Shown in pieces: positions 59,277-64,000 of a DNA stretch of 64,000 nt. A program made the position numbers and the translations under genes. A model generated the notes under the pieces. That model saw only the letters and a program-made list of their open reading frames with translations, was not told the DNA's origin and ran no database searches. The stretch is from Mycobacteriales bacterium (GTDB taxonomy: Bacteria; Actinomycetota; Actinomycetes; Mycobacteriales; SCTD01), in the NCBI GenBank assembly GCA_046593925.1, contig JBKJQN010000097.1, positions 70,273 through 134,272 of the forward strand, given 5' to 3'. Each line of letters begins with the position of its first letter. The first letter of the stretch is position 1.

Positions 59277-60415
59277 GCTCTACCGTCGTCGACCTGCTCG
59301 CCGATCCGCCGCCGGGCACCGACCGGCTGGTCAGCGCGCCGGGCCGGGCCAACCTGATCGGCGAGTACACCGACGTCAACGACGGCCACGTCCTGCCGGT
59401 CGCGCTGGACCTGCGCACAGTGGTGGCGAGCCGACCGTTGGCGGGGCGCACCCTCGCGCTGCGATCGCTGGACGTCCGCGGCCCGGACGCCGCCGTCGAG
59501 GTGTCGCTGGACGAGCCGGGGCCGCCGCCGGCGGGGTGGGGACGCTACGTCGCCGCCGTCGTGGACGTGCTGCGCGCCGAGGGCCTGGCCCTGCAGGGTC
59601 GCGCCGGCGTGCTGTCCTCGCAGGTGCCGGTCGGCGCGGGGCTGTCGTCCAGCGCCGCCCTGGAGGTGGCCGTCGCGCTGACCGTCCTCGCCGAGCCGTT
59701 GCCACCGGCCGTGCTGGCCCGGCTCTGCCAGCGGGCCGAGAACGAGGGGGTCGGTGTGCAGAGCGGCATCATGGACCAGCTCGCGAGCGTTGCCTCCCGA
59801 CCGGGCACGGCGCTGTTCCTGGACTGCCGCTCGCTCGCCGTCGAGCACGTACCGCTGCCCGCCGACCTCGGCGTCCTGGTGGTCGACAGCGGTGGCCGCC
59901 GCGAGCTGTCCGACAGCGGCTACAACGACCGGCGCAGCGCGTGCGCCGAAGCCGCCCGGGACCTCGGAGTCGCCAGCCTGCGCGACGCCGACCCCGGCCA
60001 GCTGGCGGGGGCCAGGCGGCGGATGGAGCCTGTCGTGCACCGCCGGGCGAGGCACGTGCTGACCGAGGAGCTCCGGGTGCACGACACGGTCCGGGCGCTG
60101 CGCGCCGGGGACCGGCCAGCCCTGCGCGAGCTGTTCGCGGCCTCGCACGCCAGCCTGCGCGACGACTTCGAGGTCAGCACCCCCGAGCTCGACACCCTGG
60201 TTGCCCTCGCCGGCGACACCCCCGGCGTGGTCGCCAGCCGGCTGACCGGGGCAGGCTTCGGGGGGTGCACCGTCTCGCTGGTCGAGGCCGACCGCGGACC
60301 CGAAGCCGGTCAGGCGGTCGTCGACCGCTACTGCCAACTCACAGGTAGCCGGCCACGGTGGTGGCTGTCGGGGGCGGCGGGGGGCGCTGCACGGGAGCAG
60401 GTCGGCACGCGATGA
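59273..60415 (+). CDS. galK: galactokinase
   Basis: The GalK signature GRANLIGEYTDVNDG.VLP and the GHMP kinase motif P.GAGLSSSAALEVA are present. The GTG start overlaps the permease stop (GTGA). Confidence 0.9.
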   Translation: MSSTVVDLLADPPPGTDRLVSAPGRANLIGEYTDVNDGHVLPVALDLRTVVASRPLAGRTLALRSLDVRGPDAAVEVSLDEPGPPPAGWGRYVAAVVDVLRAEGLALQGRAGVLSSQVPVGAGLSSSAALEVAVALTVLAEPLPPAVLARLCQRAENEGVGVQSGIMDQLASVASRPGTALFLDCRSLAVEHVPLPADLGVLVVDSGGRRELSDSGYNDRRSACAEAARDLGVASLRDADPGQLAGARRRMEPVVHRRARHVLTEELRVHDTVRALRAGDRPALRELFAASHASLRDDFEVSTPELDTLVALAGDTPGVVASRLTGAGFGGCTVSLVEADRGPEAGQAVVDRYCQLTGSRPRWWLSGAAGGAAREQVGTR

Positions 60416-62529
60416 CTCCCGACAGCGTGCACCTGCGCAGCGGCGAGGTCAGCGTCCTGGTGGACCTGCGGTCGGGGCAGCCCGCAGTGCTGCACTGGGG
60501 GGCGCTGCTGCCCGAGACCGGGCTGGCCGACCTCCCGCTGGGCCTCGAGCCCGCCGTCGCGCACTCGGCGCTGGACGAGCCCGGAGTGCTGGCGCTGGTC
60601 GCGGACCGCGCGGCCGGTCACCGGGGCCGGCCGGGGCTGACCGGCAGCCGGGCCGGCGGGCAGGACTTCTCGCCGCGGCTGGTCCTCACCGACTGCCGGC
60701 TGGAGGGCCCGACGGCCGTGGTGCTGACCTGCGCCGACCCGGCAGCCGGGCTCGAGCTGCGCTCCGAGCTCCGGCTCGCCGAGGGTGGCCTGCTGCGCCT
60801 GCGGCACGAGCTGCGCAACACCGGCGAGGACGTGTACCGCCTCGGCGAGCTGACCTGCACGCTGCCGCTGCCCGCGCGGGCCACCGAGCTGCTGGACCTG
60901 ACCGGGCGGCACTGCCGCGAGCGCATCCCGCAGCGCCACCCGCTGGCGCGCGGCGCCTGGGTGCGCGAGGCCAGGCACGGCCGGACCGGCCACGACGCGA
61001 CCCTGCTGCTGACCGCGGGCACCCCCGGCTTCGCCAACCGGTCCGGGGACGTCTGGTCGGTGCACCTGGGGTGGAGCGGCGACAGCACGAGCTGGGCGGA
61101 GCGGCTCCCGGGCGGCCAGGGTGTGCTGGGCGCGTCCGAGCTGCTCGGACCCGGTGAGGTCGAGCTCGCCCCCGGTCAGTCGTACGCCACGCCCTGGCTG
61201 TACGCGGCGACCTCGCAGCGCGGGCTCGACGGGCTCGGTGACGCCCACCACCGCTGGCTGCGGAGCCGCCCTGGCCACCCTTCTGCACTGCGGCCGGTGG
61301 TGTTGAACACCTGGGAGGCCGTGTACTTCGACCACGACCTGGACCGGCTGCGCGAGCTCGCCGATGTCGCCGCCGGCGTCGGCGTGGAGCGCTTCGTGCT
61401 GGACGACGGCTGGTTCCTGCATCGGCGCGACGACACCGCCGGGCTCGGCGACTGGGTCGTCGACCCCGACGTCTGGCCGCTGGGGCTCGCGCCGCTGATC
61501 GACCACGTACGCGCCCTGGGCATGTCGTTCGGGCTGTGGGTCGAGCCAGAGATGGTCAACCTCGACTCCGAGCTCTACCGCGCGCACCCGGAGTGGGTGC
61601 TGCGCGCCGCCGAGCGCCTGCCGCCGCCCTGGCGCCACCAGCAGGTGCTGGACCTGGGTCACGACGGGGCGTTCGCGCATGTGCTGGGCCAGCTCGACGC
61701 CCTGCTGTGCGACCACCCGATCGACTACCTCAAGTGGGACCAGAACCGCGATCTGATCGACGCCGGGCACCACGGCGCACCGGCGGTACGGCAGCAGACG
61801 CTGGCGGTCTACCGGCTGCTGGACGAGCTGCGCGCCCGGCACCCCGGGGTCGAGATCGAGAGCTGCTCGTCCGGCGGCGCCCGGGTCGATTTCGGCATCC
61901 TCGAGCGCACCGACCGGGTGTGGGCCAGCGACACCAACGACGCGCTCGAGCGACAGGGCATCCAGCGGTGGACCGGGCTGCTGCTGCCGCCCGAGCTGGT
62001 CGGCGCGCACGTCGGCCCACCCCGCTCGCACACCACCGGCCGTACCCAGGCACTGCCGTTCCGCGTTGCCACCGCAATGTTCGGCCACCTCGGCGTCGAG
62101 TGGGACGTGTCACGGGCGAGCGCCGCAGAGCGCGAGGGTCTGGCCGAGGGCATCGCTACGTACAAGGCGCTGCGCGGGCTGCTGCACACCGGCGACGTGG
62201 TGCATGCCGACCACCCGGACCCGGCCGCCGCGCTGCACGGCGTGGTTGCCGCCGACGGTTCCGCCGCGGTGTTCGCCTTCGTGCAGCTGACGACGTCTGT
62301 CGGCGAGGTCCCCGACCCGGCCCGGCTGCCGGGCCTTTCCCCGGACCGCTCCTACCGGGTCGAGCCGCTGGCGGCCGGTGGGTCCCCATCGACGTCGCAG
62401 CGCAGCGGGCCGCCCTGGCTGCGAGCCGGGGGCGTGGTGCTGCCCGGCCGGGTCCTGGCAGAGGCCGGCCTGGCGATGCCGGCGCTGCATCCCGAGCAGG
62501 CGCTGCTGCTGCGCCTGCACCAGGTGTGA
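60412..62529 (+). CDS. alpha-galactosidase, glycoside hydrolase family 36
   Basis: [11 protein letters not shown].......[16 protein letters not shown], the KWDQNRD nucleophile region and [11 protein letters not shown] are present. The ATG at 60412 overlaps the galK stop (ATGA). Confidence 0.9.
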   Translation: MTPDSVHLRSGEVSVLVDLRSGQPAVLHWGALLPETGLADLPLGLEPAVAHSALDEPGVLALVADRAAGHRGRPGLTGSRAGGQDFSPRLVLTDCRLEGPTAVVLTCADPAAGLELRSELRLAEGGLLRLRHELRNTGEDVYRLGELTCTLPLPARATELLDLTGRHCRERIPQRHPLARGAWVREARHGRTGHDATLLLTAGTPGFANRSGDVWSVHLGWSGDSTSWAERLPGGQGVLGASELLGPGEVELAPGQSYATPWLYAATSQRGLDGLGDAHHRWLRSRPGHPSALRPVVLNTWEAVYFDHDLDRLRELADVAAGVGVERFVLDDGWFLHRRDDTAGLGDWVVDPDVWPLGLAPLIDHVRALGMSFGLWVEPEMVNLDSELYRAHPEWVLRAAERLPPPWRHQQVLDLGHDGAFAHVLGQLDALLCDHPIDYLKWDQNRDLIDAGHHGAPAVRQQTLAVYRLLDELRARHPGVEIESCSSGGARVDFGILERTDRVWASDTNDALERQGIQRWTGLLLPPELVGAHVGPPRSHTTGRTQALPFRVATAMFGHLGVEWDVSRASAAEREGLAEGIATYKALRGLLHTGDVVHADHPDPAAALHGVVAADGSAAVFAFVQLTTSVGEVPDPARLPGLSPDRSYRVEPLAAGGSPSTSQRSGPPWLRAGGVVLPGRVLAEAGLAMPALHPEQALLLRLHQV

Positions 62530-62570
62530 CCGGCGATCGTCCGTTCACCTTGACGGTGCACGATGGGCCC

Positions 62571-64000
62571 GTGACAACCGAGCTGACGACGCCGACCCAC
62601 CTCGAGCCGGAGAACGGGCACGCCGCCGGCGCGGAGTCGACGCTGGAGCCGGTCACGTCGACGGTCGCACGCGTTCGCGCCCCGGACAGCCTGCCGGAGG
62701 ACCGCTTCCTCAACCGCGAGGTGAGCTGGCTGGACTTCAACGCCCGCGTCCTGGCCCTCGCCCGGGACCGATCCGCGCCGCTGCTCGAGCGGGTCAAGTT
62801 CCTCGCGATCTTCGCCAGCAACCTCGACGAGTTCTACATGGTCCGGGTCGCCGGGCTCAAGCGCCGTAGCAGCACCGGGCTCGGCACCCGCAGCGCCGAC
62901 GGCCTGAGCACCCGCAAGCAGCTGGCGCTGATCAGCAGCCGGGCCCGCGAGCTCGCGGCCGCGCACGCCTGCTGCTTCCTGGAGGAGGTCCGTCCCGAGC
63001 TCGCCGCGGCCGGGGTCCGGATCGCGCTCTGGGACGACCTGGCACCCGAGCAGCAGTCACCGCTGCACGACTACTTCCGCGGCCAGCTGTTCCCGATCCT
63101 CACCCCGCTCGCCGTCGACCCGGCGCATCCGTTCCCGTACATCAGCGGCCTCTCGCTCAACCTTGCGGTCCTCGTACGCGAGCCGGAGACCGGCACCGAG
63201 CACTTCGCCCGAGTGAAGGTGCCCAACAACGTGCCGCGCTTCGTGCAGGTCGACGGCGCCGCCAGCGCGACGACGTACCTCCCGCTGGAGGAGCTGATCG
63301 GGGCGCACCTTCCGCAGCTGTTCCCGGGGCTCGAGGTGACCTCGCACCACGTGTTCCGGGTCACCCGCAACACCGACGTCGAGGTCGAGGAGGACCGCGA
63401 CGAGGATCTGCTCCAGGCGCTGGAGCGCGAGCTGGCCCGCCGGCGGTTCGGCCCGGCGGTCCGGCTCGAGGTCGGCGAGCGGATGGACCCGCACGTGCTC
63501 GACCTGCTGGTCCGCGAGCTGGAGATCACCGACGACGACGTCGTGCGGGTACCCGGCCTGCTGGACCTGGCCTCGCTGTGGCAGCTGTACGGCGTGGACC
63601 GGCCCGAGCTCAAGGACGACGCGCACGTCCCGGCGACGCACCCGCGGCTCGCCGAGGGCGAGAAGGCCACCGACGTGTTCGCCGCCCTGCGCGAGGGCGA
63701 TGTGCTGGTGCACCATCCGTACGACTCGTTCTCGACCTCCGTGCAGCGCTTCGTCGAGCAGGCCGCCGCCGACCCGCAGGTCCTGGCCATCAAGCAGACG
63801 CTCTATCGCACCTCGGGTGACTCACCGATCGTCGATGCGCTGATCGACGCCGCCGAGGCGGGCAAGCAGGTCGTGGTACTCGTCGAGATCACCGCCCGCT
63901 TCGACGAGCAGGCCAACATCCGGTGGGCGAGAGCGCTGGAAAAGGCCGGCTGCCACGTCGTGTACGGGCTGATGGGGCTCAAAACGCACTGCAAGACCTG
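62571..64000 (+). CDS. ppk: polyphosphate kinase 1, 3' end beyond the window
   Basis: [21 protein letters not shown]......[29 protein letters not shown] and the downstream PPK1 N and H domains are present. The frame is open from 62523. Candidate GTG starts lie at 62571, 62556 and 62526; the last overlaps the alpha-galactosidase stop. Confidence 0.85.
   Translation, partial: MTTELTTPTHLEPENGHAAGAESTLEPVTSTVARVRAPDSLPEDRFLNREVSWLDFNARVLALARDRSAPLLERVKFLAIFASNLDEFYMVRVAGLKRRSSTGLGTRSADGLSTRKQLALISSRARELAAAHACCFLEEVRPELAAAGVRIALWDDLAPEQQSPLHDYFRGQLFPILTPLAVDPAHPFPYISGLSLNLAVLVREPETGTEHFARVKVPNNVPRFVQVDGAASATTYLPLEELIGAHLPQLFPGLEVTSHHVFRVTRNTDVEVEEDRDEDLLQALERELARRRFGPAVRLEVGERMDPHVLDLLVRELEITDDDVVRVPGLLDLASLWQLYGVDRPELKDDAHVPATHPRLAEGEKATDVFAALREGDVLVHHPYDSFSTSVQRFVEQAAADPQVLAIKQTLYRTSGDSPIVDALIDAAEAGKQVVVLVEITARFDEQANIRWARALEKAGCHVVYGLMGLKTHCKT

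Noticed and set aside
60328-62088. 586-aa minus-strand ORF
   Set aside because: It is antisense to the GH36 alpha-galactosidase gene and its composition is Arg/Pro/Gly-rich.

Overview
This is a very GC-rich window (roughly 70-75% by eye) from the conserved chromosomal core of an Actinomycetota genome; I cannot name the genus. About 70 protein genes can be supported. I found no rRNA, tRNA, CRISPR array, transposase or prophage. The minus strand carries a long housekeeping series with deeply conserved order: xerC, dprA, comM/yifB, yraN, DUF2469, rnhB, a double NUDIX gene, lepB, rplS, trmD, rimM, a KH protein, rpsP, ffh, glnD, two PII genes, amt, ftsY, smc, acyP, mutM, rnc, an ACP-like gene, plsX, rpmF, DUF177, coaD, rsmD, recG and a DAK2/YloV gene. 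After that come rpmB, thiL, ddl, gpsA, plsC, cofC, a galactoside utilisation locus (msiK-like ATPase, galT, deoR, GH42 beta-galactosidase, ABC importer, galK, GH36 alpha-galactosidase) and the 5' part of ppk. Many of the long ORFs in the supplied track are antisense or out-of-frame artefacts typical of GC-rich DNA. I re-set several starts using homology, ribosome-binding sites and a recurring 4-nt GTGA/ATGA start-stop overlap. I did not find a convincing new multi-gene system such as a defence system. The observations most worth a second look are: (1) a tandem, diverged duplication of the PII gene inside amt-PII-PII-glnD, with GlnR-type boxes upstream of amt and a further copy inside the annotated 5' end of glnD; (2) a decayed variable islet between DUF3515 and ddl (42.2-45.4 kb), holding a broken GNAT gene, a 9-bp microsatellite, about 600 bp of unassigned DNA, and VOC and ankyrin coding signals that collide on opposite strands; (3) several structured intergenic elements and in-frame short tandem duplications. 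All homology calls come from motif recognition by eye, not from database searches.
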